A stretch of DNA of 64,000 nt from Erythrobacter sp. (GCF_023653175.1 NZ_JAMNXL010000001.1:314-64313); one strand, 5' to 3'; counted from the first letter of the stretch, positions 52,180-61,294 are shown. Translations and numbers: made by a program. Notes: a model not told the origin generated them from the sequence alone.

Positions 52180-54318
52180 ATGGGCGTTCAGACTCACAAG
52201 ACCTTCTGCCGTTTCTGCCACGCAAACTGCGCAATGGAAGTCGATGTCGTGGCCGGAAAGGTCGTCGAGGTGCGCGGCGATCCGGACGATCCGGCCTATG
52301 GCGGCTACACCTGCATGAAGGGCCGCGAGCTGCCGGATTCGCACAATTCCGAGAACAGGTTGCACCATAGCCTCGTGCGCAACGAGGCGGGCGAATTCGT
52401 CTCGACCCCGATGCCGGAGGCCCTCGCCCACGTGGCGAGCGAGTTGCGCCGGATCATCGACACCCATGGCCCCCACTCGGTCGCCGTTTTCATGGGATCG
52501 GGCGGGTTCCAGAACTCCGCCGCGATGGCCGCCTCATTGAGTTTCGCCAACGCCGTAGGCAGCCGCAATTTTTACACCTCGGTGACGCTCGACCAGCCCG
52601 CCAAGGTCTTCACCACCGCGCGCTACGGCAAGTGGATGGCGGGGCCGAACACGTTCAGCGAAAGCGACGTCGCCTTGTTCATCGGCAACAACCCGATCGT
52701 ATCGCACTACTCGCCGGTTGGCGGCGTGCCGCCCTTCAGCCCCTCGCGCCGCATCCGCGACCAGCAGGCGGCGGGCCTCAAGCTGATCGTCGCCGACCCG
52801 CGCGAGAGCGACGTGGCGCGGCTCGCCGACATCTACCTCCCCGTCAAGCCGGGCGAGGATCCGGCGATGCTGGCAGGGATGCTCAATGTGATCATCGCCG
52901 AGGGGCTGTATGACCGCAATTTCGTCGCCGCCCATGTCGACGGGTTCGAGGAGCTGGCCGAGGCGGTGAAGGCCTTCCCGCCGGAAGTCGCGGCCGAACG
53001 CGCGGGCCTCGACACTGACCAGCTCGTCGCCGCTGCACGGATGTTCGCGACCGGCTCGAAGGGCTGCGCGGTCACCGGCACCGGGCCGGAAATGGCGGGC
53101 AACGGCACGCTCACCGAATATCTCGTGGTCTGCCTCAACACGATTTGCGCGCGTTTCAAGCAGGAGGGCGAGAAGGCCGCGATCCCCGGCGTGTTCAGCC
53201 CCTACCAGACCGCGCGCCGCGCACAGGTCGCCCCGCCGGTGCCGATGTTCGGCGCGGAAGGCATGCCGAAATCGCGCTTCCGCGGGCTCGGGCATCTGGG
53301 CTGGGAGATGCCCTGCAACGTGCTCGCCGACGAAATCCTCACCCCCGGCGAGGGCCAGGTGCGCGCGCTGATCTCGGTCGGCGGCAATCCGGTGGTGGGC
53401 TTCCCCGATCAGGTCAAGATGGTTCGCGCGCTCGATGATCTTGAGCTGTTCGTGCAGATCGATCCATGGATGAGCGCCAGTGCCAAGCGAGCTGATGTGG
53501 TACTTGCCCCGTCGCAGTGTCTGGAGCGCGAGGACATCACCAGCCTCTCCGAATGGTGGCACGAGGAGCCCTACGCCCGCTACACCGAGGCGGTGGTTGA
53601 GGCGCCGGGCGACGTGATCGACGAATACGAGATGTTCTGGACGATCGCACATCACCTCGGGATCACCATGCAGCTTGCTGGCGGCCCGCTGCCGATGGAT
53701 CGCAAGCCGACCAAGCAGGAATTCCTCGATCTTGCGGTGACCGGCTGCCTCGTGCCCCCCAGTCAGGTGCGCACGGATTGCGCCGCGAATGGCGGCGCGG
53801 CGGTGATGTATCCGGAGCGGCATCCGGTGGTGGAGCCGGTCGACGAGGGCGAGTTCCACCGCTTCGATCTCGCCGTGGGCGCGATGCCGTCCGAGATCCT
53901 GAAATATGCCGACGCCAGCGCCGCGCGCGAGGGCTTCGACTTCCGCCTGATCTCGCGGCGTTCCAAGACGCGGTTCAATTCGATCGGTCACCCGCTCAAG
54001 AAGCTGCAGGAAAAAACCACCACCAACCCCGCCTTCATCCACCCGGATGACATCGCCGCTCTGGGGCTGGAGGAAGGCGGCCTGGTCGCGATCACCTCGC
54101 CCCATGCGACAATCCACGGCGTGGTCAAGGCGAGCGACAAGGTGCGGCGCGGGATTGTCTCGATGGCGCATGCCTATGGCGATGCCGACGCGGGCAAGGA
54201 CGATGTGCGGGAGCGCGGCTCCTCCACCAACCGGCTGGTCAGCGAGGTGGTCGATTACGATCCGATCACCGGGCAGAGCTTGCAGAGCGCCATTCCGGTT
54301 AAACTTGAGCCTGCTTGA
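52180..54318 (+). CDS. Cytoplasmic molybdopterin (bis-MGD, DMSO-reductase superfamily) oxidoreductase with N-terminal 4Fe-4S motif
   Basis: 712 aa. C-x2-C-x3-C...C (CRFCHANC...YTCMKG). No twin-arginine signal. C-terminal beta-barrel domain (IHPDDIAALGLEEGGLVAITSPHATIHGVVK). Confidence 0.9.
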   Translation: MGVQTHKTFCRFCHANCAMEVDVVAGKVVEVRGDPDDPAYGGYTCMKGRELPDSHNSENRLHHSLVRNEAGEFVSTPMPEALAHVASELRRIIDTHGPHSVAVFMGSGGFQNSAAMAASLSFANAVGSRNFYTSVTLDQPAKVFTTARYGKWMAGPNTFSESDVALFIGNNPIVSHYSPVGGVPPFSPSRRIRDQQAAGLKLIVADPRESDVARLADIYLPVKPGEDPAMLAGMLNVIIAEGLYDRNFVAAHVDGFEELAEAVKAFPPEVAAERAGLDTDQLVAAARMFATGSKGCAVTGTGPEMAGNGTLTEYLVVCLNTICARFKQEGEKAAIPGVFSPYQTARRAQVAPPVPMFGAEGMPKSRFRGLGHLGWEMPCNVLADEILTPGEGQVRALISVGGNPVVGFPDQVKMVRALDDLELFVQIDPWMSASAKRADVVLAPSQCLEREDITSLSEWWHEEPYARYTEAVVEAPGDVIDEYEMFWTIAHHLGITMQLAGGPLPMDRKPTKQEFLDLAVTGCLVPPSQVRTDCAANGGAAVMYPERHPVVEPVDEGEFHRFDLAVGAMPSEILKYADASAAREGFDFRLISRRSKTRFNSIGHPLKKLQEKTTTNPAFIHPDDIAALGLEEGGLVAITSPHATIHGVVKASDKVRRGIVSMAHAYGDADAGKDDVRERGSSTNRLVSEVVDYDPITGQSLQSAIPVKLEPA

Positions 54319-54343
54319 ATTTCACCAGAACGGATAAAATTAG

Positions 54344-55354
54344 ATGCCCCAGAACCGCCGCTTCCTCCTCCAGCGTCGCCCCGATGGCGCGCCGGTTCCG
54401 CAAGATTTCGAGCTCGTCACGGTCGAGACCCCCGCGCTGGAAGAGGGGCAATTCCTGATCCGCAACCATTACGCCTCGCTCGATCCGGCGATGCGCGGGT
54501 GGATGGATGCGGAAGGGAATTACATGCCTCCAATCCCTTTGGGCGAACCGGTGCGCGCAAGCACCATCGGCGTGGTCGAGGAAAGCCGCGCCGAGGGCTT
54601 CGCGCCGGGCCAGTGGGTGATGGGGCTCAATGCGCTCGAGGACTACTCCATCGGCACCGTCGGCGGGTTCACCCAGCCGATCGACCCGAGCCTCGTGCCG
54701 AGCGTCACCAACTACCTGTCGATCTTCGGCGCGGTGGGGATGACCGCCTATTTCGGCTTCCTCGAGGTGTGCGAGCCCAAGCCGGGCGAGACCGTGCTGG
54801 TCACCGGCGCGGCGGGCGCAGTGGGCAGTCTCGTCGGCCAGCTCGCCAAGATCCACGGCTGCCGCGCGGTCGGAATCGCGGGCGGCCCGGCCAAGTGCGC
54901 GCGGCTCACCGAGAAATACGGCTTCGACACCGCCATCGACTATCGCGACAAGGATGAAGCCGCATTGACCGCCGCCATCGCTGAGGCCTGCCCGGAGGGC
55001 GTCGACGTGATCTTCGAGAATGTCGGCGGGATCATCCTCGATGCGGGGCTGATGAACTTGAACCTGCACTCGCGCGTCGGGCTGTGCGGGCTCATCAGCG
55101 AATACAACACGAGCCCTCGCGGCATTCGCAACCTGTGGCAGCTGATCGTCAAGCGCGCGCACATCCGCGGGCTGCTGGTGGCCGACTACGTCCCCCGCTT
55201 CGGCGAGGGCGCGCAGGCGATGGGCGTATGGGCGGCGCAAGGGCGGCTCACAATCGACGAGCATATCGACGAGGGGCTGGAACACGCCTTTGCCAGCTTC
55301 ATGCGGCTGTTTGCAGGGACGAATGACGGCAAGATGATCCTCAAGATCGCCTGA
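54344..55354 (+). CDS. NADP-dependent MDR oxidoreductase (YncB/CurA-like), paralog 3
   Basis: 336 aa. VTGAAGAVGSLVGQLAKIHG. C-terminal LFAGTNDGKMILKI. Confidence 0.9.
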   Translation: MPQNRRFLLQRRPDGAPVPQDFELVTVETPALEEGQFLIRNHYASLDPAMRGWMDAEGNYMPPIPLGEPVRASTIGVVEESRAEGFAPGQWVMGLNALEDYSIGTVGGFTQPIDPSLVPSVTNYLSIFGAVGMTAYFGFLEVCEPKPGETVLVTGAAGAVGSLVGQLAKIHGCRAVGIAGGPAKCARLTEKYGFDTAIDYRDKDEAALTAAIAEACPEGVDVIFENVGGIILDAGLMNLNLHSRVGLCGLISEYNTSPRGIRNLWQLIVKRAHIRGLLVADYVPRFGEGAQAMGVWAAQGRLTIDEHIDEGLEHAFASFMRLFAGTNDGKMILKIA

Positions 55355-56121
55355 TGGCCCGCTCGCTGCTCGTGCTGTCGGGGGGCCATCCTTACGAGGA
55401 GGGCCCCTTCGCCGAATTGCTGGGCGCGCTGGGCGAGTGGGAGATCACCCACCTCGTCCACCCCGAAGGCGGCGAGGCGGATGCGGCGCAGGCCATCCGC
55501 GCCGCCGACGCGCTGCTGTTCTACGACATGGCAGGCTACAGTTTCGGCGGGGGCACGGTGACCATGCGCCCGCCCTCCCCCGCCTTGCGCGAGGCTCTCA
55601 CGAGCCGCTTCGCCTGCGGCAAGGGCGCGGTGGCGATGCACCATGCGCTCGCCGGGTGGGCGGAATGGCCGGAGTGGCACGACTGGCTCGGCGGGCAGTT
55701 CCACTACCAGCCGGGGCCGCACGGGCTGGACTCGGGCTATCGCCACGATGTTGCCTATGAAGCGCGCATCCTTGCCGATCACCCGGTGACACGCGGCCTG
55801 CCCGAAACCTTCCCCGTCACCGACGAGCTCTACCTCTGCCCCATCGACGAGCGCGCCCTCACCCCCCTCGTGCGGGCCGAGGGCTTCGGCTTCACGGCTG
55901 ACAACTTCTACTCCGCCGCGCAGGCCGTCGCGGGCGCAATGTTCAGCAACGCAGGCTGGGAGCACCCCGAAGGCAGCAACTGCATTGCCTGGGAAAGCCG
56001 CACCTGTCCCGCCCCGCTCGTCTACCTGCAATTCGGCGACGGCCCCGCGACCTACGCCAACCCCCATGTCCGGCAAATGCTCGCCCAGGCGCTCGGCTAC
56101 ACCTCAGGAGGAACCGCATGA
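55354..56121 (+). CDS. ThuA-domain (class-I glutamine-amidotransferase-like fold) protein, paralog 1
   Basis: 255 aa. 1-nt overlap with the previous stop (TGATG). LLVLSGGHPYE...GKGAVAMHHALAGW...HPVTRGLPETFPVTDELY pattern. Confidence 0.8.
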   Translation: MARSLLVLSGGHPYEEGPFAELLGALGEWEITHLVHPEGGEADAAQAIRAADALLFYDMAGYSFGGGTVTMRPPSPALREALTSRFACGKGAVAMHHALAGWAEWPEWHDWLGGQFHYQPGPHGLDSGYRHDVAYEARILADHPVTRGLPETFPVTDELYLCPIDERALTPLVRAEGFGFTADNFYSAAQAVAGAMFSNAGWEHPEGSNCIAWESRTCPAPLVYLQFGDGPATYANPHVRQMLAQALGYTSGGTA

Positions 56122-56495
56122 CCCCCCAGCAAACCGTCGAGGCCTTCATCACCCACTGGAACGCCTGCGATGTGGACGCGATGCTCGCGCTGTGCGCCGA
56201 GGATATCGTCTACCACAATATCCCCATGGAGCCGGTCGTGGGCACCGCGCAGATGCGCGCGATGGTCGAAGGCTTCCTCGGCGATATCGCCTCGTGCGAC
56301 TGGCAGACCCACGCCATCGCCGCGAACGGCAACACCGTGCTGACCGAGCGCACCGACATCTTCCACTTCAAGGACGGCCGCCGCGCCGCGATCCGCGTGA
56401 TGGGAACCTTCGATCTGGATGCCGACGGTCGCATCACCGGCTGGCGCGACTATTTCGACATGCTTGAATTTCAGCGCGAATTCGCCCCGGCGTGA
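56118..56495 (+). CDS. Limonene-1,2-epoxide-hydrolase-family NTF2-like protein
   Basis: 125 aa. ATGA overlap. VEAFITHWNACDVDAMLALCAEDIVYHNIPMEPVVG...GWRDYFDM is typical of the LEH family. Confidence 0.8.
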   Translation: MTPQQTVEAFITHWNACDVDAMLALCAEDIVYHNIPMEPVVGTAQMRAMVEGFLGDIASCDWQTHAIAANGNTVLTERTDIFHFKDGRRAAIRVMGTFDLDADGRITGWRDYFDMLEFQREFAPA

Positions 56496-56594
56496 CCTAC
56501 GCGGCCCAACCCTAACACATTCGCGCATCGCATCGGGGGCGCAGGGTTGGCTAGGCTTGCACCACAAGCTGACAAGGGTCTGGAGCCGCATCAC

Positions 56595-57836
56595 ATGAAC
56601 AAGCCCGAAGGCAATGTCTTTGCGCCCGAAACGCTGATCGATCCGTTCGATTACTACCGCGCTGTCCACGAGGCGGGGGTGGCGATCGAGCATCTCGAAG
56701 GGATGAACACCTGGGTCGTCTATTCCTACGACCTGTGCAGTGAGGCGGCGGCCAAGCCGGAGGTCTTCTCGAACGATTTCACGGCCCTCATGGGCCGCGA
56801 GGCCGAGGAGGACATTCAGGCGATCCTCGCCGAGGGCTGGCCCGACCTGCCCACCTTGCTGACCGCCGACGCGCCGGTCCACACCCGCAATCGCAAGCTC
56901 GTCAACCTCGCCTTCTCGGCCCCGCGCGTCAACGCGATCGAGGCCGACATGCGCACCAAGTCGATCGAGTTGATCGAGTCTTTCGCCGACAGGGGCCATT
57001 GCGAATTCGTCGAGGAGTTCGGCGTGCCGCTGCCGGTCGCGATGATCGCCGGGCAGATCGGGCTGGATGATGATCCGGGGCGCGTGAAGCGCTGGTCGGA
57101 CGCGGCGGTCGACCGCTTCAGCCAGATGGTCGATCACGAACGCAAGAAGGAGTGCGCGCGCAGCCTTGTCGAGTTCCAGCACTACATCAAGGGCCTGATC
57201 GACGACCGCAAGGCGAACGGCGGCAACGACCTGCTCACCGATCTGGTCGAGGCACGCATCGAGGGCGAGACGCCGCTGTCGGACCCTGAGATCATGTCGC
57301 TGATGCAGCAATTCATGGTGGCCGGGAACGAGACCACCACCTCGACGCTGGCGGGCGGCCTGCTCCAGCTGATCCGCAACCCCGACCAGATGGCCAAGGC
57401 CAAGGCGGCGGCAGGGGGCCGCGATCCCAAGGTGATCATGAACCTCGTCGAAGAGGCGCTGCGCTACGAGACGCCGACGGCAGGAATGTGGCGCATCGTC
57501 AAGCAGGACACCGAGCTTGGCGGCATGGCGATCCCGGCGGGCAGCGTGGTGCAGCTGCGCTATGCCGCGGCCAACCGCGATCCGTCGAAGTTCCCCGATC
57601 CCGACCGCTTCGACATCGACCGCGCCAACGCCCGCACGCATCTCAGCTTCGGCAAGGGCCCGCACATGTGCGTGGGCAACATGCTCAGCCGCAAGGAAAT
57701 GCTGGTCGCCTTCGACGAGCTTTTGGAGCGGCTCGATAATTTTGCGGTGCCTGATGACAGCGCGATCCGCATCCTGCCCAACATCCTGCTGCGCGGCGTG
57801 ACCCACCTGCCGATCACGTTCACGCGGAAAGCCTGA
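56595..57836 (+). CDS. Cytochrome P450 (paralog 3)
   Basis: 413 aa from MNKPEGNVFAPETLIDPFDYY. AGNETTTSTL I-helix. EALRYETP (EXXR). FGKGPHMCVG heme motif. Confidence 0.93.
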   Translation: MNKPEGNVFAPETLIDPFDYYRAVHEAGVAIEHLEGMNTWVVYSYDLCSEAAAKPEVFSNDFTALMGREAEEDIQAILAEGWPDLPTLLTADAPVHTRNRKLVNLAFSAPRVNAIEADMRTKSIELIESFADRGHCEFVEEFGVPLPVAMIAGQIGLDDDPGRVKRWSDAAVDRFSQMVDHERKKECARSLVEFQHYIKGLIDDRKANGGNDLLTDLVEARIEGETPLSDPEIMSLMQQFMVAGNETTTSTLAGGLLQLIRNPDQMAKAKAAAGGRDPKVIMNLVEEALRYETPTAGMWRIVKQDTELGGMAIPAGSVVQLRYAAANRDPSKFPDPDRFDIDRANARTHLSFGKGPHMCVGNMLSRKEMLVAFDELLERLDNFAVPDDSAIRILPNILLRGVTHLPITFTRKA

Positions 57837-57841
57837 GACAG

Positions 57842-58924
57842 ATGAATTTCGACCTTTCCGAAGAACAGCAAATGTTCGTGACCTCGGTCGAGCGCTTCGC
57901 CGCGCCCATCGACGTCGAGGCGCGGCGCAAGCTTCGCCTCTCGCCCAGCGGCTATGACCGCGCGCGCTGGCAGAGCCTCGCCGAGATGGGCCTGATTGCG
58001 CTCGCGGCGAACGAGGCTGCGGGCGGCATGGGCGGATCGGCGGTCGATCTGGCGCTGGTGCTCGAGGCGATCGGCAAGGCCAACGCGCCCGACCCGCTGC
58101 TCGAACACGGCATCCTTCCCGCCCTGCTGCTCGAACACGGGCAGGCAGGCGATGTGCTCGAAGGGGTGCTGTCGGGCGAGACCCTCGCCACCTTCGCATG
58201 GACCGAGCGCGGCCAGCGCTACAGCCTCAAGGCCAAGGGGATGAAGGCGGATGCTGCCGGGGACGGCTTCACGCTCACCGGCGAGAAGACGATGGTGATG
58301 GGGGCATTGCTCGCCGACCTGTTCATCGTCACCGCCGACCTTGGCGGGGAGACCGCCTGCTTCCTCGTACCCAAGGGCGCGGCCGGATTGGAAGTGCGCG
58401 CCTATCGCCTCGCCGACGGCAGCATCGCGGGCGAGATCAAGCTGACCCGCACGCCTTCCGCCGTCAGGCTGGCGCTCGACCCGGCGGCGCTCGACGGCAT
58501 CGTCGCCGACCTCAGGCTTTACGCTGCGGCGGAAATGGTAGGCCTTGGCCAGCGCCTGCTCGATGACACGCTCACCTACGTGAAGGAGCGCGAGCAGTTC
58601 GGTGTTGCGATCGGTTCGTTCCAGGCCTTGCAGCACCGGCTGGTCGATTGCTACGCGAAGGAAGAACAAGCACGTTCAATGCTTTACCGCGCAGCATTGA
58701 CCGACCGGAGTGATGCAGCAAAATGGCAGCGCGCCGCCGCCGGGGCCAAGGCCTTCATCGGCGGGAATGTCGATGCCATAGCCCGCGAGGCGGTGCAGAT
58801 GCACGGCGGGATGGGGATCACCGACGAGCTTGCCATCGGCCATGCGCTGAAGCGCGTGCTGGTGCTCGCGCGCCTGTTCGGCGACGTCGACACCGTGCTG
58901 GCGGAATATGCTTTGGCCGCTTGA
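57842..58924 (+). CDS. Acyl-CoA dehydrogenase family protein (short, 360 aa)
   Basis: MNFDLSEEQQMFVTSVERF... FQALQHRLVDC... QMHGGMGITDE, typical of the ACAD fold. Confidence 0.9.
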   Translation: MNFDLSEEQQMFVTSVERFAAPIDVEARRKLRLSPSGYDRARWQSLAEMGLIALAANEAAGGMGGSAVDLALVLEAIGKANAPDPLLEHGILPALLLEHGQAGDVLEGVLSGETLATFAWTERGQRYSLKAKGMKADAAGDGFTLTGEKTMVMGALLADLFIVTADLGGETACFLVPKGAAGLEVRAYRLADGSIAGEIKLTRTPSAVRLALDPAALDGIVADLRLYAAAEMVGLGQRLLDDTLTYVKEREQFGVAIGSFQALQHRLVDCYAKEEQARSMLYRAALTDRSDAAKWQRAAAGAKAFIGGNVDAIAREAVQMHGGMGITDELAIGHALKRVLVLARLFGDVDTVLAEYALAA

Positions 58925-58950
58925 CCGGCACACAGGAGGGGAACTGAGAC

Positions 58951-59376
58951 ATGGGCGAAAAGATCGACCCGAACCTGTGGAGTGACGGGGCGCAGCCGCA
59001 GCTGATGGGCGGAAGGCTGCCTTCGGGGCAGATCGTCTTCCCGATGCCGTCCGGCGATGCGGCCGAGGGCGTGGAGCCCTACAAGCTCGCCCGTCGCGGC
59101 AAGCTGTGGTCGTGGACCTCGCAGGGCTTCCTGCCCAAGGAGCCCTATGAAGGCCCCGGCTCCGGCCCCGGCGAGGGCCCGCCCGATTTCCAGCCCTTCC
59201 TGCTCGGCTATGTCGAATTGCCCGGCGAGGTGATCGTCGAAAGCCGCATCGTTGATTGCAGGCTCGAAGACCTGCATCTCGGCATGGAGCTCGAATTCTG
59301 CATCGTGCCGTTCAACGCGCGCTACGACACCTTCGCCTTCCGTCCCGTTGCCCAAGCCGAAAGCCAAGCCGCATGA
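58951..59376 (+). CDS. OB-fold DUF35-family protein (thiolase/aldolase partner), without Cys4 zinc ribbon
   Basis: 141 aa. GKLWSWTSQGF...LLGYVELPGEVIVESRIVDC...GMELEF pattern. No N-terminal CxxC pairs seen. Stop overlaps the next start (ATGA). Confidence 0.8.
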   Translation: MGEKIDPNLWSDGAQPQLMGGRLPSGQIVFPMPSGDAAEGVEPYKLARRGKLWSWTSQGFLPKEPYEGPGSGPGEGPPDFQPFLLGYVELPGEVIVESRIVDCRLEDLHLGMELEFCIVPFNARYDTFAFRPVAQAESQAA

Positions 59377-60527
59377 GCGAGAACGTCTATATCATCGGCG
59401 CCGGGATCCACCCCTTCGGCCGCACCGACAGCCGCTCGGGCCGCGAACAGGGGGTCTATGCCGTGCGCGAGGCTTTGACGGACGCAGGGCTCGAATGGCC
59501 CGACATCGAATGCGCCTATGGCGGCAGCGCGGCTGCCGGCAATGCCGACATCATGGTCAACGAGCTGGGGCTGACCAGCCTCCCCTTCACCAACGTCGCC
59601 AATGGCTGCGCGACCGGCGGCAGCGCGCTCGCCGCATCGCAGCAGGCGATTGCGAGCGGGATGTATGACCTCGCGCTGGCGGTCGGCTTCGACAAGCATC
59701 CGAGGGGCGCGTTCAACGCCAAACCGTCGGATTATGGCCTGCCCGAATGGTACGGCCAGACCGGCATGATGCTGACGACGCAGTTCTTCGCGTTGAAGAT
59801 CCAGCGCTACATGCAGCTCCATGGCATCAGCCGCACGACGCTCGGGCGCGTTGCCGAGAAGGCCTTCCGCAATGGCACGATCACACCCCATGCCTGGCGG
59901 CGCAGTCCGGTCGATCTCGACACGATCATGAACGCGCCGATGATCAACGATCCGCTGACCAAGTACATGTTCTGCTCGCCCGCCGAGGGCGCGGTGGCGC
60001 TGATCCTCGCTTCGGAAAAGAAGATGAAGGAACTCGGCGCGGACGGGGTCAAGATCCGCGCGGTTGCGGTGAAGACCCGCCCGCCCAACTCCTTCGAGGT
60101 GTTCCAGGCCGGCATCAGCATAGAGGAAGGCGGCAAGCCCACCGTCCTCGCCTCCAAGGCCGCGTTCGAGAAGGCCGGCATCGGCCCGGAGGACATCAGC
60201 GTCGCGCAGTTGCAGGACACCGAGAGCGGCGCGGAGATCATGCACATGGCCGAGAACGGCTTCTGCAAGGACGGCGAGCAGGAGGAATGGCTCGCGAATG
60301 GCTGGACCGAAATCGGCGGCGGTAAGCTCCCCGTCAACACCGACGGCGGGTGCCTCGCCTGCGGGGAACCGATCGGCGCCTCGGGCCTGCGGCAAGTCTA
60401 CGAGAACGTCACCCAGCTGCGCGGCCGCGCGGGCGAGCGGCAGGTGCCAGGCACGCCGCGGTTCGGTTACTCCCACGTCTACGGCGCACCCGGCCTGTCC
60501 GGCGTCGCGATTCTGGAACGCGAATGA
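59373..60527 (+). CDS. SCP-x/thiolase-like protein (DUF35-associated)
   Basis: 384 aa from MSENVYIIGAGIHPFGR. NGCATGG (nucleophile Cys context). NTDGGCLACGEPIGASG matches thiolase signature 2 but has Glu where the His of GHP is expected. Confidence 0.88.
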   Translation: MSENVYIIGAGIHPFGRTDSRSGREQGVYAVREALTDAGLEWPDIECAYGGSAAAGNADIMVNELGLTSLPFTNVANGCATGGSALAASQQAIASGMYDLALAVGFDKHPRGAFNAKPSDYGLPEWYGQTGMMLTTQFFALKIQRYMQLHGISRTTLGRVAEKAFRNGTITPHAWRRSPVDLDTIMNAPMINDPLTKYMFCSPAEGAVALILASEKKMKELGADGVKIRAVAVKTRPPNSFEVFQAGISIEEGGKPTVLASKAAFEKAGIGPEDISVAQLQDTESGAEIMHMAENGFCKDGEQEEWLANGWTEIGGGKLPVNTDGGCLACGEPIGASGLRQVYENVTQLRGRAGERQVPGTPRFGYSHVYGAPGLSGVAILERE

Positions 60528-61294
60528 GCCGGATGGAGGGCAAGGTCGCGCTGATCTCGGGCGGCGCGGAGGGGATCGGGGCAGCGGTCGCGCGGTTGAT
60601 CGTCGCCGAGGGCGGCAGCGTGATGCTCGGCGATGTGCAGCTGGAAAAGGCGCAGGAACTCGCTGCCGAGCTTGGTGACCGCGCCGCCGCGACCCACCTC
60701 GACGTGCGCCACCTCGCGCAATGGGAGGCCGCGGTCGCCGCCACCCTCTCGCGCTTCGGCAAGCTCACCGTGCTGTGCAACATCGCCGGCATCTCCGAAC
60801 CCGGCAACGTCCCCGAAGGCGCATTGGACGTGTGGGACCGCACCATCGACATCAATCTCCACGGCCCCTTCTACGGGATGCGTGCCGCGATCCCGGCAAT
60901 GGAGGCGAGCGGCGAGCCCTGCGCCATCGTCAACATCGGCTCGATGATCGCGTTGCGCCCGGCGAGTTTCGTGGCGGCCTATTCTGCGTCGAAGACCGGC
61001 CTCAGGGGCCTGACCCAAAGCGTCGCGCTCGATCTGGCCGAGCGCGGCCTGCCGATCCGCGTCAACATGGTTCACCCCGGCGCGATCCGCACGCCGATGT
61101 ACAACCGCTACAAGTTCTCCGGCACCGACACGCCCGAGAATATCGAGACCAATTTCGCCGCCACCCACCCGATGAACCGCATCGGCGAGCCCGAGGAGGT
61201 TGCCCGCGCCGTGGTCTTCCTCGCCAGCGACGAGGCGAGTTTCACCACCGGCTGCGATTTGACCGTCGATGGCGGCGGCAGCATCAGGAGCTAG
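60524..61294 (+). CDS. Short-chain dehydrogenase/reductase
   Basis: ATGA overlap with the thiolase-like stop. ISGGAEGIGAA and YSASKTGL. Confidence 0.9.
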   Translation: MSRMEGKVALISGGAEGIGAAVARLIVAEGGSVMLGDVQLEKAQELAAELGDRAAATHLDVRHLAQWEAAVAATLSRFGKLTVLCNIAGISEPGNVPEGALDVWDRTIDINLHGPFYGMRAAIPAMEASGEPCAIVNIGSMIALRPASFVAAYSASKTGLRGLTQSVALDLAERGLPIRVNMVHPGAIRTPMYNRYKFSGTDTPENIETNFAATHPMNRIGEPEEVARAVVFLASDEASFTTGCDLTVDGGGSIRS

